Source: Acetatifactor sp. (GTDB taxonomy: Bacteria > Bacillota > Clostridia > Lachnospirales > Lachnospiraceae). Taken from it: 64,000 bases of DNA. Below are positions 37,934 to 47,672 of the stretch, piece by piece. The notes under the pieces are model-generated. The model searched no databases. It saw nothing but the letters and a program-made list of their open reading frames with translations, and was not told where the DNA came from. How positions within the stretch are numbered: the first letter of the stretch is position 1; the number at the start of each line of letters is the position of its first letter. The position numbers were made by a program, and so were the translations under genes. The stretch is taken from the NCBI GenBank assembly GCA_045544275.1, contig JAZPYS010000084.1, positions 1,471-65,470 of the forward strand, in the 5' to 3' direction.

Positions 37934-39361
37934 ATGTCAGAACAAGTTAAAAAACCGATTAAAATTACGGAAACCATTTTACGTGATGCTCATCAGTCTC
38001 TGATTGCTACCAGAATGCCTACCGATCTGATGCTTCCTATCCTGGAAAAAATGGATAAGGTTGGATATCATTCAGTAGAGTGCTGGGGCGGTGCTACATT
38101 CGATGCATCTCTTCGTTTCTTAAAGGAAGATCCATGGGATAGATTAAGAAAGATCCGTGATGGTTTCAAAAATACAAAATTACAGATGTTATTCCGTGGT
38201 CAGAACATTTTGGGTTACAGACCATATGCAGATGACGTAGTAGAATACTTCGTACAGAAGTCTATTTCTAACGGTATCGATATCATCCGTATTTTCGACT
38301 GTTTAAATGACCTTCGTAACTTGCAGGCAACAGTAGATGCTACCAACAAGTTCAAGGCACAGGAAGGTAGAGGTCATGCACAGATCGCTCTTTCTTATAC
38401 ATTAGGTGATGCTTATACCCTTGAGTACTGGGCAGATATGGCTAAGAAGATCGAGGAAATGGGTGCAGACTCTATCTGTATCAAGGATATGGCTGGTTTG
38501 TTAGTTCCTTACAAGGCAACTGAATTAGTTACTGCTATGAAGAGCCAGACCAAGCTTCCTATCCAGTTACATACTCACTACACCTCAGGTGTTGCAAGTA
38601 TGACCTACCTTAAGGCTGTAGAAGCAGGTGTTGACGTAATCGATACTGCTATGTCTCCTTTCGCATTAGGTACCTCACAGCCTGCAACAGAAGTTATGGT
38701 TGAAACCTTCCGTGGTACTGAATATGATACCGGATTCGATCAGAACTTACTGGCAGAAATCGCTGATTACTTCAGACCTTACAGAGATGAAGCTCTTGCA
38801 AGCGGTCTCTTAAATCCTAAGGTAATGGGTGTTGATATCAAGACCTTATTATATCAGGTACCGGGCGGTATGCTTTCTAACATGGTTAGCCAGTTGAAAG
38901 AACAGAACGCAGAAGATAAGTACTATGATGTATTAAATGAAATTCCAAGAGTTCGTAAAGATCTTGGTGAACCACCTCTGGTTACTCCTTCATCCCAGAT
39001 CGTTGGTACTCAGGCTGTATTTAACGTACTTATGGGTGAAAGATACAAGATGGCTACTAAGGAAACCAAGGCAGTTCTTCGTGGTGAATACGGTCAGACC
39101 GTTAAGCCTATGAGCCAGGAAGTTATCGACAAAGTTATTCCTGGTGAAGAAAGAATCACCTGCCGTTACGCAGACCTGATTCCTAACGAATTAGAGAAGC
39201 TTGAAAGCGAAATGGCTGAGTGGAAGCAGCAGGATGAAGACGTATTGTCTTACGCTTTATTCCCTCAGGTTGCTAAGGACTTCTTCAAGTATCGTCAGGC
39301 TCAGCAGGAAAAGGTTGATATGACCGAAGCTGATACCAAGAATGGTGCATACCCGGTGTAA
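37934..39361 (+). CDS. oadA: Oxaloacetate decarboxylase alpha / pyruvate carboxyltransferase domain protein
   Basis: RDAHQSL, WGGATFD, IKDMAG, HTH, PGGM.SN, PLVTPSSQIVG. Confidence 0.9.
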   Translation: MSEQVKKPIKITETILRDAHQSLIATRMPTDLMLPILEKMDKVGYHSVECWGGATFDASLRFLKEDPWDRLRKIRDGFKNTKLQMLFRGQNILGYRPYADDVVEYFVQKSISNGIDIIRIFDCLNDLRNLQATVDATNKFKAQEGRGHAQIALSYTLGDAYTLEYWADMAKKIEEMGADSICIKDMAGLLVPYKATELVTAMKSQTKLPIQLHTHYTSGVASMTYLKAVEAGVDVIDTAMSPFALGTSQPATEVMVETFRGTEYDTGFDQNLLAEIADYFRPYRDEALASGLLNPKVMGVDIKTLLYQVPGGMLSNMVSQLKEQNAEDKYYDVLNEIPRVRKDLGEPPLVTPSSQIVGTQAVFNVLMGERYKMATKETKAVLRGEYGQTVKPMSQEVIDKVIPGEERITCRYADLIPNELEKLESEMAEWKQQDEDVLSYALFPQVAKDFFKYRQAQQEKVDMTEADTKNGAYPV

Positions 39362-39376
39362 GCCACAAGCCATGCA

Positions 39377-39443
39377 CATGAATAAATAAAAGGAAGCCGA
39401 AAGAGCATTTATGTTCTTTTCGGCTTCCTTTTATTTATTCATG
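39377..39443. terminator. Long bidirectional terminator ending the decarboxylase operon
   Basis: ~32-bp near-perfect inverted repeat CATGAATAAATAAAAGGAAGCCGAA.../...TTCGGCTTCCTTTTATTTATTCATG. Confidence 0.9.
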
Positions 39444-39560
39444 TATATGGCGTCGGCACGAGCCCCACGAAGCTTTGCTTCGCAAGAGGTGCATGGTTTG
39501 TGGCGTATGCAAGGTGCATGCTTGTGGTGCGTGGTGTTGGCTTAAGAATTAGTCATGGAA

Positions 39561-39715
39561 GGGTCTATGCAAAAAAATATTGTTGCCAGACCCCAAAATG
39601 AAGCATATATAGTCATTTATTAGTTGTTTCAGGGTCTCTATAAATAAAATATTATTGTAGACCCCGGAAAATGGTTGCTGCGGGGTCTGAGTAAGTTTTT
39701 TTTACCTATAGGCCC
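39561..39715. repeat. Three GGGTCT-N21-AG(A/G)CCC palindromic units
   Basis: Units at 39561-39593, 39632-39664, 39683-39715, each with a 21-nt spacer. Confidence 0.8.
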
Positions 39716-39887
39716 TGATAATTAAATAAATTGATACTGGTTCACTTTAAAAATAAAATGATATAGTCCATCAACTATAAGCATATAAAAACATCCAATA
39801 AGAAAAAAGGTATCTTCACTTGACGATGTTCTATCAGAAGTTTAAAGTAATAAAGAAGTCTACAAATAGAAGCAGGAGGTTGATCAA

Positions 39888-40002
39888 ATGAAGACAACTG
39901 ACAGGAAATAGTATTGATTTCATCGGATTTAGGGATCTGGATGAGGCTGTTACGGATGAGGAATATGAGATTGCGAAGGTAGCTGTGAAGATGGTTTTAT
40001 AG
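39888..40002 (+). pseudogene. Frameshifted micro-ORF or gene remnant with promoter, RBS and terminator
   Basis: TTGACG-N17-TAAAGT (39820-39848), AGGAGG, ATG then stop after 7 codons; a second frame stays open to TAG at 40000. Confidence 0.4.
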
Positions 40003-40016
40003 AAATGAATGAAAGT

Positions 40017-40046
40017 AATCGCTGATTTTTATCAGCGGTTATTTTT
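40017..40046 (+). terminator. Intrinsic terminator
   Basis: AATCGCTGAT-tttt-ATCAGCGGTT plus ATTTTT. Confidence 0.75.
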
Positions 40047-40149
40047 GTGCACTTTTTTAGAGAATCGACACACTTTTTTGGATTGAGGTTTTTGAGTGGA
40101 AATGTAAAAATATATATGTGTTAGAGAGAAATATCAAGGAGGATGCTCC

Positions 40150-42057
40150 ATGAAATATCCTGTAAATTGTAAAAATATAATTGACGTAACAAAACCACCC
40201 TATCACGTAGACAATACCGGAAAAGTAGATTGTACGGAAAGTTTATGTCAGATATTTGATGATATCCTGATCCGAGAAGTGAAAGGGGTGGAAGAAATCA
40301 AAAAGAAGCTGTTAAGAATGGGAAAGGTACCGGCCTACATCGGTTTCGAGTCCCGTATTACGGATGAATTAAATGTAATATTCCCGGAATATGTTCCTTC
40401 ATCGAAGATCATTTATTTTCCGGCAGGTATCTATTGGGTAAGTGATACGATTAGCTACCGTTTGAAAAATCTACAGAATATCTTCTTATCAAAGCCCTTT
40501 TCAGAGCTTTGCCGAGGGATACATATCCTTGGAGAGAGCAAGGACAGTGTGGTAATTCGTTTGGCGGATCATGCCCGGGGCTTTGAGAAGGAAGCAAAAA
40601 AGCCGGTAATAAGCTTCAATAATGCACCTAACTGTTGCCTTGAGGAGAAAACAAATGTGGCACAGATGAATACCATTGAAGATTTGACTATTGACTGTGG
40701 CAGTGGAAATCCGGGAGCAGTGGGTATTCGATTCAGTGCCAGCAACAGCGGAAGGATCGAGAATGTTACCTTGCGTGCACAGGAAGGATATTGCGGCATC
40801 CATATGGCCTATGGAGCAGAGGGAAGCTTTGTAAACATTAAAGCAGATGGCTTTGATTACGGAGTAGATACTTTTGTTAGTTCATTGTGCGTATTTGAGG
40901 ATATGCAGTTGGCAGGTAATAGACGAAGTGCTATAAAATTGGGAGATGGAAAAGTTTTATTTCACAGAATAAAAAGTGAACCACTTCCACTGTTTGAGTT
41001 TTACGATGGTCCTCTGGGAAAAGGCAAAGGAGCATATTACTGTAGTGATTGTGATAGTGTACCTACAGAGGATGCGAAAGGCAATAAAGTATATGTGGCA
41101 GAGGAAGGAGTGGACACCACAGGCAGATTGGAAATTCCTTGGAATCCAAGAAGCAAAAATCCTTTGGACTATGTCTGCGTGGACGATTTCGGGGCTGTTG
41201 GAGATGGCTTAACAGATTCGACCGCAGCTATTCAGGCGGCATTTGACAGCGGAAAGCCAATCATTCTTTTTGGAGAAGGACATTATTTAGTGGATGGAGA
41301 AATCACCATACCGGCTACGGTAAAAACCATTGATTTTATGTTTTGCGATCTGTTTGCAGGGAAGAAGTTAAAATTTACCAGAGGTGGTGCATTGTTCCAT
41401 ATCAATGAGGATTCATCGGATCTGCTCTTTATGGAGAATTTGTACACATTTGAACAGTTTCATGGACATTTCCGTCTGATAAAGCATGGTGCCGTAAGGG
41501 ATCTTTGCTTGAGTGATCTGCATACTCAGACTGCCGCTATGTATTTTAATACAGTATCCGGAAGTAAGGTGTACATAGACAATTGTGCCTGTACTACAGG
41601 TTCCTACAGTCAGAATATTATCCTGGAAAAGGAAGGGGAAGATCCGGAGTATACCTATGTGATCCCCTTTGAATTCCATGGACAGTGTGTTTACGGCAGA
41701 CAGGTTAATCCGGAAAGAGCAGATGTGGAGATCCTTAATAATGGATCCACAGTTTATCTGGATGGATTTAAGGTAGAGGGGCCGGGAACGGCCATGAAGA
41801 CCATAAATGGGGGACATACGGTGATTAATGTATTTTCAGCAGGCATTGGGAATGCAGAGGCTAGCAATGCACTGATTGAGACCAAGGATGGTACGACTAT
41901 TCTGACTGGTGGGCTTATTGGTTCGTTTGAGGAAGAAACCATGTATCACATAGTTTACGAGAGCGATAAGGATGGAAAGGTTTCAAAGATAATGAGTAAG
42001 GAAGTGCCTGATCATGTGGGGCCGTATACTCTTCGACTGGGCCGTTATCAGGTATAA
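40150..42057 (+). CDS. Right-handed beta-helix glycosidase/lyase (Pectate_lyase_3 / GH55-like), no signal peptide
   Basis: DFGAVGDGLTDSTAAIQAAFD motif, degenerate first copy VDNTGKVDCTESL, IYFPAGIY, DCGSGNPGAVGI. Confidence 0.75.
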   Translation: MKYPVNCKNIIDVTKPPYHVDNTGKVDCTESLCQIFDDILIREVKGVEEIKKKLLRMGKVPAYIGFESRITDELNVIFPEYVPSSKIIYFPAGIYWVSDTISYRLKNLQNIFLSKPFSELCRGIHILGESKDSVVIRLADHARGFEKEAKKPVISFNNAPNCCLEEKTNVAQMNTIEDLTIDCGSGNPGAVGIRFSASNSGRIENVTLRAQEGYCGIHMAYGAEGSFVNIKADGFDYGVDTFVSSLCVFEDMQLAGNRRSAIKLGDGKVLFHRIKSEPLPLFEFYDGPLGKGKGAYYCSDCDSVPTEDAKGNKVYVAEEGVDTTGRLEIPWNPRSKNPLDYVCVDDFGAVGDGLTDSTAAIQAAFDSGKPIILFGEGHYLVDGEITIPATVKTIDFMFCDLFAGKKLKFTRGGALFHINEDSSDLLFMENLYTFEQFHGHFRLIKHGAVRDLCLSDLHTQTAAMYFNTVSGSKVYIDNCACTTGSYSQNIILEKEGEDPEYTYVIPFEFHGQCVYGRQVNPERADVEILNNGSTVYLDGFKVEGPGTAMKTINGGHTVINVFSAGIGNAEASNALIETKDGTTILTGGLIGSFEEETMYHIVYESDKDGKVSKIMSKEVPDHVGPYTLRLGRYQV

Positions 42058-42082
42058 ATAATAGATGTCGGAGGAATAAGTC

Positions 42083-42883
42083 ATGGATATGTATCATTAT
42101 TATGCGGATAAGACAGAAAAGCCGTTGGATAAAATTCCTGCAAACGGAGGTTTTTGCCGGATATTTCGAAAGATAGGATGTATCGGAGATAGTCTGTCTT
42201 CCGGTGAGTTTCAGATCTTTTTAGAGGACGGAACACCTGACTTTTTCGATATGTATGAGTATTCGTGGGGACAGCATATGGCCCGTATGACAGGTAGTAT
42301 CGTATACAATTTTTCCAGAGGCGGTATGACTGCAAAGGAGTATTGTGAAGAGTTTGCGGAGCATTATGGCTACTGGAACCCGGACAAGGCCTGTCAGGCA
42401 TATATCATTGCCTTGGGTTGCAACGACATAAGATTTCCGGAAGAGATAGGCTCCATTGAGGATATTGATTTTGAGAATTATCACAATAATAAACCTACCT
42501 TTGTGGGATATTATGGGAAGATTATCCAGCGGCTAAAGGAGATTCAGCCCCGGGCAAAATTTTTTTTAGTGACCATTCCCAGGGATGATGATTTGGGGAA
42601 ATATGATGTAGAAGAAAGAGTGAATGAGCTAATTGCAGAGATGGCTGAGCGGTTTGAAAACACCTATCTGATTGATCTTCATACTTATGCACCGGCTTAT
42701 GATAAAGAGTTTAGGAAAATGTTCTTCTTGGAAGGGCATATGAATCCGGCAGGATATGTGTTTACAGCAGATATGATTGCTGCATATATAGATTATATCA
42801 TCCGTAGCCGTATGGATGAATTTAAGGAGATTGGCTTTATCGGTACTCAGATCGTAAACTATCCGCAAAAGGTGCAGGATTAA
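42083..42883 (+). CDS. SGNH/GDSL hydrolase (probable acetylesterase)
   Basis: GDSLSSG (block I), RGG (II), LGCND (III), GHMNPAGY (V). Confidence 0.85.
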   Translation: MDMYHYYADKTEKPLDKIPANGGFCRIFRKIGCIGDSLSSGEFQIFLEDGTPDFFDMYEYSWGQHMARMTGSIVYNFSRGGMTAKEYCEEFAEHYGYWNPDKACQAYIIALGCNDIRFPEEIGSIEDIDFENYHNNKPTFVGYYGKIIQRLKEIQPRAKFFLVTIPRDDDLGKYDVEERVNELIAEMAERFENTYLIDLHTYAPAYDKEFRKMFFLEGHMNPAGYVFTADMIAAYIDYIIRSRMDEFKEIGFIGTQIVNYPQKVQD

Positions 42884-42898
42884 AGGAGGGTGTGGAGA

Positions 42899-43681
42899 AT
42901 GGATTATAACTATCATACCCATACCTGCAGATGCGGGCATGCAAGCGGAAGTTCGGAAGCTTACATAGAGCGAGCCATTGAATGTGACATAAAATATATG
43001 GGTTTTTCAGATCATATGCCTTATATCTGTTCTGACGGATATGAATCCGGTTTCAGAGTACCGGTTGCGGAGGCGGAGGCATATTTTCAAGAGCTGTCCG
43101 CCTTGCGGGAAAAATACCAATTACAGATCGATATTAAGATTGGTTTTGAAATGGAATATTATCCCCGTCATTTTCAGAAGATGCTAAAAAGTGCCATTTC
43201 TTTTGGAGCAGAGTATTTGATCTTGGGACAACATTTTAACAGGGAAGAACATCCGGTCGGGATTCACAATATTACAGGAACGGACGGTGTGAATGTATTA
43301 CGCGAGTATGTAGACTGCGTGGTCAGTGCAATAAAAAGCGGTGTTTTTACATATATTGCACATCCTGATATGTTTTATTTCACAGGTTCGGAGGATATGT
43401 ACCGAACGGAGATGAGAAAGATTTGCAGAGCCTCTAAAACATACGATGTACCTCTTGAGATTAATTTTTTAGGTATTCGGGAAGGAAGAATCTATCCCAA
43501 TGAAGTGTTCTGGAAAATTGCCGGAGAGGAAGGTTCCCCTGTAACCTTCGGTTTTGATGCCCATGATGTGGAGAGTGCTTTTGATAGCAGAAGCCTTAAG
43601 ATGGCAGAGGCACTTGTGAAAAAGTATGGTCTGAATTACGTAGGGAGGCCGAAGACAATCGGGTTGAGGTATTTTGTATGA
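42899..43681 (+). CDS. PHP-family phosphatase (HisJ histidinol-phosphatase-like)
   Basis: YHTHT..CGHA, SDH, GFEMEY, AHPD, GFDAH. Confidence 0.88.
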   Translation: MDYNYHTHTCRCGHASGSSEAYIERAIECDIKYMGFSDHMPYICSDGYESGFRVPVAEAEAYFQELSALREKYQLQIDIKIGFEMEYYPRHFQKMLKSAISFGAEYLILGQHFNREEHPVGIHNITGTDGVNVLREYVDCVVSAIKSGVFTYIAHPDMFYFTGSEDMYRTEMRKICRASKTYDVPLEINFLGIREGRIYPNEVFWKIAGEEGSPVTFGFDAHDVESAFDSRSLKMAEALVKKYGLNYVGRPKTIGLRYFV

Positions 43682-45270
43682 GAATAATGACAAGCAATAT
43701 CTGGGGCGATTATTTTGATAATGAAGTACAGATACGAGAGGAACAATTATTTAATGTTTATAAAAAGTATGATCCCGATATAATCGGATTTCAGGAGGTA
43801 ACCTCCGGATGGTATGAAAGCAGCCTTTTTACAAGACTCTCCGAAAACTACAAATTAATTGGCACAGAGCTTTTTGATAAATGTAATTTTGTGCCCATTG
43901 CAGTAAAAAAGAGTTTTCGATTAATTGCAAAAGGATTTGAATATTTCGAAAATACACCGGATGAGTCAAAGGCGATTACCTGGGCTGTTATGGACGATGG
44001 GCAGAATAGATTTGCTGTCTGCAACACCCACTTCTGGTGGATGCGAGGCAGCGAATCGGAGGCGGATAGGAAACTGTTGGAGCCGGTGATCGGGCAGATG
44101 ATTTATTGGAATCAAGATAAACATGATGATCTGAGAGCACAGAATGCAGCACAGTTGACTCAATTGATGAAATTTCTTCAGGAGAAATATGCCTGTCCGG
44201 TATTTGCCTTTGGCGATATGAATTCAACCATTACAGAAAGCGTCTTTGATGTTTATAAAGCTAATGGTATACAAAAACTTTTTGAAGTGGCAAAGCAGAG
44301 GGATAGGATTTGTACTACACATGGCAATCCCGTGCGTGGATCAGATGGTGTATTTCATGGAGTAAAATCTACGGATGCGTATATTAATTCTTTCAGACAA
44401 GTGCTGGGCCTGCCTGAAAGAAAAGACCAGGAAGGTTACTATACCTCAATTGATCATATGATTGGTCTGGGAGAGGGATTCAAAGTAATGCAATATCGTG
44501 TTGTGGAGGATCAGGAGGCATTGGACGCAACAGATCATTCCCCGGTGTATGCGGATATTTTTTTGACATCTTCGGAGTATGCACAAGTTAAGAAGAACAC
44601 CGTAGACGCACAAAATCAACTAAAGGAAGATGAGTTCGTACGATTTTTTAATGCAGATGAAAGAGGACCAAGAATTATGTTTGTAGGTAATTCCATCACG
44701 CTTCATGGGGTGAGACCTGAGATTGGATGGTATAACGAATGCGGAATGGCTGCATCCTCTGCAGACAAAGATTATGTTCATCTTTTGATGACAGAAACAA
44801 AGAAAAGATACAAAAATGCAGCTTTTTGTATCTGTCAGGTAGCTGCATGGGAGAGACAGTATAAAGACGGAGAGAATTTGCATTATTTATTTAAAAATGC
44901 GCAGGAATTTGATGCTGATATTATCATCATGCGTTTTATAGAAAATTGTTCTCAGGAAGATTTTGATGAGGAAATTTTTAAAAAAGAAGCAATAACCCTT
45001 TTGCAGTATTTAAACAATTCTAACTCAGCAAAAATAATATTGACAACAAGCTTCTGGCATCATCCCGGGGATGTGGCTATTGCAGACCTTGCTGAAAGAT
45101 ACAATTTTCCGATAGTTTCACTTGGCGATTTGGGTGAAAAAGATGAAATGAAAGCAATTGGATTGTTTAAACATGAAGGTGTTGCAATTCATCCGGGAGA
45201 TTTGGGAATGAAAAATATTGCAGATAGAATTTGGAGCGAATTAGAAAAAATCTTAACAACAAAAGATTAA
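43678..45270 (+). CDS. Fusion of an endonuclease/exonuclease/phosphatase (EEP) domain and an SGNH hydrolase
   Basis: MTSNI, GFQEV, NTHF, GDMNS, IDH, TDHSPV in the N-terminal half; FVGNSITLHG and IHPGDLGM in the C-terminal half. Confidence 0.8.
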   Translation: MRIMTSNIWGDYFDNEVQIREEQLFNVYKKYDPDIIGFQEVTSGWYESSLFTRLSENYKLIGTELFDKCNFVPIAVKKSFRLIAKGFEYFENTPDESKAITWAVMDDGQNRFAVCNTHFWWMRGSESEADRKLLEPVIGQMIYWNQDKHDDLRAQNAAQLTQLMKFLQEKYACPVFAFGDMNSTITESVFDVYKANGIQKLFEVAKQRDRICTTHGNPVRGSDGVFHGVKSTDAYINSFRQVLGLPERKDQEGYYTSIDHMIGLGEGFKVMQYRVVEDQEALDATDHSPVYADIFLTSSEYAQVKKNTVDAQNQLKEDEFVRFFNADERGPRIMFVGNSITLHGVRPEIGWYNECGMAASSADKDYVHLLMTETKKRYKNAAFCICQVAAWERQYKDGENLHYLFKNAQEFDADIIIMRFIENCSQEDFDEEIFKKEAITLLQYLNNSNSAKIILTTSFWHHPGDVAIADLAERYNFPIVSLGDLGEKDEMKAIGLFKHEGVAIHPGDLGMKNIADRIWSELEKILTTKD

Positions 45271-45334
45271 TTCTCCCCAACCAAAGCTGGAGAGTTTTAA
45301 TAAAAACAAATTAAAATCATGGAGGTAGGAAACG

Positions 45335-46708
45335 ATGAAGAAGAAAATGTTAGCCGTATTGCTTGCAGGAACTATGGTTGTAGCAGCACTTGCAGGATGT
45401 GGCAAAGAGGAAGCAACTAAGACTTCCGAATCTTCCAAGGTGGAAGAATCCAAAGTGGAGGAGTCCAAAACTGAGGAATCAACGATTGAAGAGTCAAAGG
45501 AAGAAGTGGTAGATTACACTGGTAAGACCCTTCGTATCGGCTGGTGGGGCGGTGATGCCAGACATGAGAGTACCATGACTATTATCGAAGAATTTGAAAA
45601 GCAGTATCCCGGATTAACTGTAGAGGTTGAATTTGCCGGATTTGGTGATTATTTTACAAGACTGAATACACAGGCGGCAGGAGGTGAGCTTCCTGACGTT
45701 ATGCAGATGTCGTATGCTAAGATTTATAATTTTGCTGAAAATGATCAGTTGCTTGACCTGACACCATATATTGCAGATGGAAGCATCGATATGACAAATG
45801 TATCTGAAAACGCTGTGAAAATGGGTGAAGTATGCGGCGGTAATTACGGTGTAGCATGTGGTATGAATGGTCTGTCACTTATGTACAATCCGGCTATACT
45901 TGAAGAGGCTGGTTGTACACTGAGCATGGAACCATCTCTCAGTGAGTTTATGGAAGTAGGCAGAACGGTATACGAAAAGACTGGTTCAAGAATTCACCTT
46001 CTGGGTGCGGAGAATGGTCAGATTTTCTACAGAAGTCTGGGTGGAGATACCTGGACAGACGGAGAGGATGTTTTAGGTTATACAGAAGAGATGCTGTTAG
46101 AATGGCTTTCTGCTAACCTGAAAGGTGTAGAAGAGGATATTCTTCGTGTTCCTAATAACATGGTAGAAGACAATAATGCAAGTGCATTGGCGACAGGAGA
46201 AATGTGGTGCATTTTAGAAACCTGTAATGCTATTACTAGCCATGAAACTGCTGCAGGAATTGAACTTGAAATTGTTTCACAACCTCATGCAGATAACGCA
46301 ACCGTAGAGTATCCTACATTCTTACAGCCTTCTATGCTTTGGAGTGTGGCTGCTGATACAGAATTGGCAGAGGTGGCAGCTGCTTTCATTGATTATTATA
46401 CAAACAATACTTATGTATATGATGTATGTGGTATGGACAGAGGGTTACCTATCAGTTCAGCGATTCATGAGTATTTGGCTCCAAGCTTGACAGAAGCAGA
46501 TAAAAAGGCTATAGCATACTTAGAGTATTTGGGTGAACACAGTACACCTATGAATATTTATGCGCCGGCAAAGAGTGCAGAGGCGGCAGCAGTTATCTTT
46601 GAATTGTATGAAAAGGTTACTTATGCAGCGGTAACACAGGAAGAACTTCCTGCATTGGTACATGAAGCATATGAAAAAGCAAATGCAATTTTAAGTTCTG
46701 CAGAATAA
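45335..46708 (+). CDS. Carbohydrate ABC transporter substrate-binding lipoprotein
   Basis: Lipobox LAGC, SKVEE repeats, WWGG..RH, AAGGELPDV, YNPAILEEAG. Confidence 0.9.
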   Translation: MKKKMLAVLLAGTMVVAALAGCGKEEATKTSESSKVEESKVEESKTEESTIEESKEEVVDYTGKTLRIGWWGGDARHESTMTIIEEFEKQYPGLTVEVEFAGFGDYFTRLNTQAAGGELPDVMQMSYAKIYNFAENDQLLDLTPYIADGSIDMTNVSENAVKMGEVCGGNYGVACGMNGLSLMYNPAILEEAGCTLSMEPSLSEFMEVGRTVYEKTGSRIHLLGAENGQIFYRSLGGDTWTDGEDVLGYTEEMLLEWLSANLKGVEEDILRVPNNMVEDNNASALATGEMWCILETCNAITSHETAAGIELEIVSQPHADNATVEYPTFLQPSMLWSVAADTELAEVAAAFIDYYTNNTYVYDVCGMDRGLPISSAIHEYLAPSLTEADKKAIAYLEYLGEHSTPMNIYAPAKSAEAAAVIFELYEKVTYAAVTQEELPALVHEAYEKANAILSSAE

Positions 46709-46714
46709 AATCAA

Positions 46715-46751
46715 AAAAAGGATGTCATGCCAATGGCATGGCATCCTTTTT
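46715..46751 (+). terminator. Stem-loop after the binding-protein gene (partial terminator or mRNA stabiliser)
   Basis: AAAAAGGATGTCATGCCA-A-TGGCATGGCATCCTTTTT. Confidence 0.75.
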
Positions 46752-46771
46752 GGGAAAGGAGTGCTTTTGAC

Positions 46772-47656
46772 ATGAAAAAGAAAAAGAGAAGAGATTTAAT
46801 CCATGGATATTTATTCATTGCACCATTTCTGATAGGATTATTTGTTTTTACCATATTTCCAATTGGCTATTCCTTATATCTTTCTTTTACAGATTATAAT
46901 GTTTTAAGTCCGGCCAAATGGATTGGTATCAAAAATTATATTAAAATGTTTACGATGGACGAAACAGTAAGGATATCTTTAAAAGTAACTTTTAATTTTG
47001 CACTGGTACAGGTTCCATTAAGGTTATCAGTGGCTCTTTTTGTGGCTGTGTTAATGGCAAAAAAGACTAAATTGACAGGTGTTTATCGTGTGGCCTTTTA
47101 TATTCCATCCTTGTTAGGTGGAACAGTGGCGGTAGCGATTACATGGAAAAAGTTGTGGGACAACCATGGTGTGATCAATGCTATTTTAGAAAGAATAGGA
47201 TTGCCAACGCATAACTGGCTCAATGATGTGCATACGGCATTATATGTATTGATTTTGTTGGGAGTGTGGCAGTTTGGCAGTACTATGTTAATTTTCCTTG
47301 CGGGATTGAATGATATTCCTTCTTCCTTAGTAGAAGCTGCAATTATCGATGGTGCTGGCCCCATAGCTTGTTTTTTCAAAGTAAAGTTGCCTATGCTGAC
47401 GCCTGTTTTGTTTTATAATTTGGTCAACTCAATAATCGGAAGTCTGCAGGCATTTAATTCCGCATATTTGATTTCTAGTGGAGCACCTATGAATTCAACT
47501 ATGTATTATGGATTGTATCAATATAAACAGGGCTTTGAATATATGAACATGGGATATGCTTCTGCGATGGCCTGGGTTATGATGTTGATCATTTTGGCAA
47601 TGACTGCATTGGTATTTAAGTCTTCATCTGCCTGGGTATATTATCAGGGTGAGTAA
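46772..47656 (+). CDS. Carbohydrate ABC transporter permease
   Basis: EAA loop LVEAAIIDGAG, MGYASAMAW. Confidence 0.92.
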   Translation: MKKKKRRDLIHGYLFIAPFLIGLFVFTIFPIGYSLYLSFTDYNVLSPAKWIGIKNYIKMFTMDETVRISLKVTFNFALVQVPLRLSVALFVAVLMAKKTKLTGVYRVAFYIPSLLGGTVAVAITWKKLWDNHGVINAILERIGLPTHNWLNDVHTALYVLILLGVWQFGSTMLIFLAGLNDIPSSLVEAAIIDGAGPIACFFKVKLPMLTPVLFYNLVNSIIGSLQAFNSAYLISSGAPMNSTMYYGLYQYKQGFEYMNMGYASAMAWVMMLIILAMTALVFKSSSAWVYYQGE

Positions 47657-47672
47657 GCAGGAGGTAAATTGA

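Noticed and set aside
45420-45510. 15-bp SKVEE repeats in the binding protein
   Set aside because: Typical low-complexity linker after a lipoprotein cysteine.
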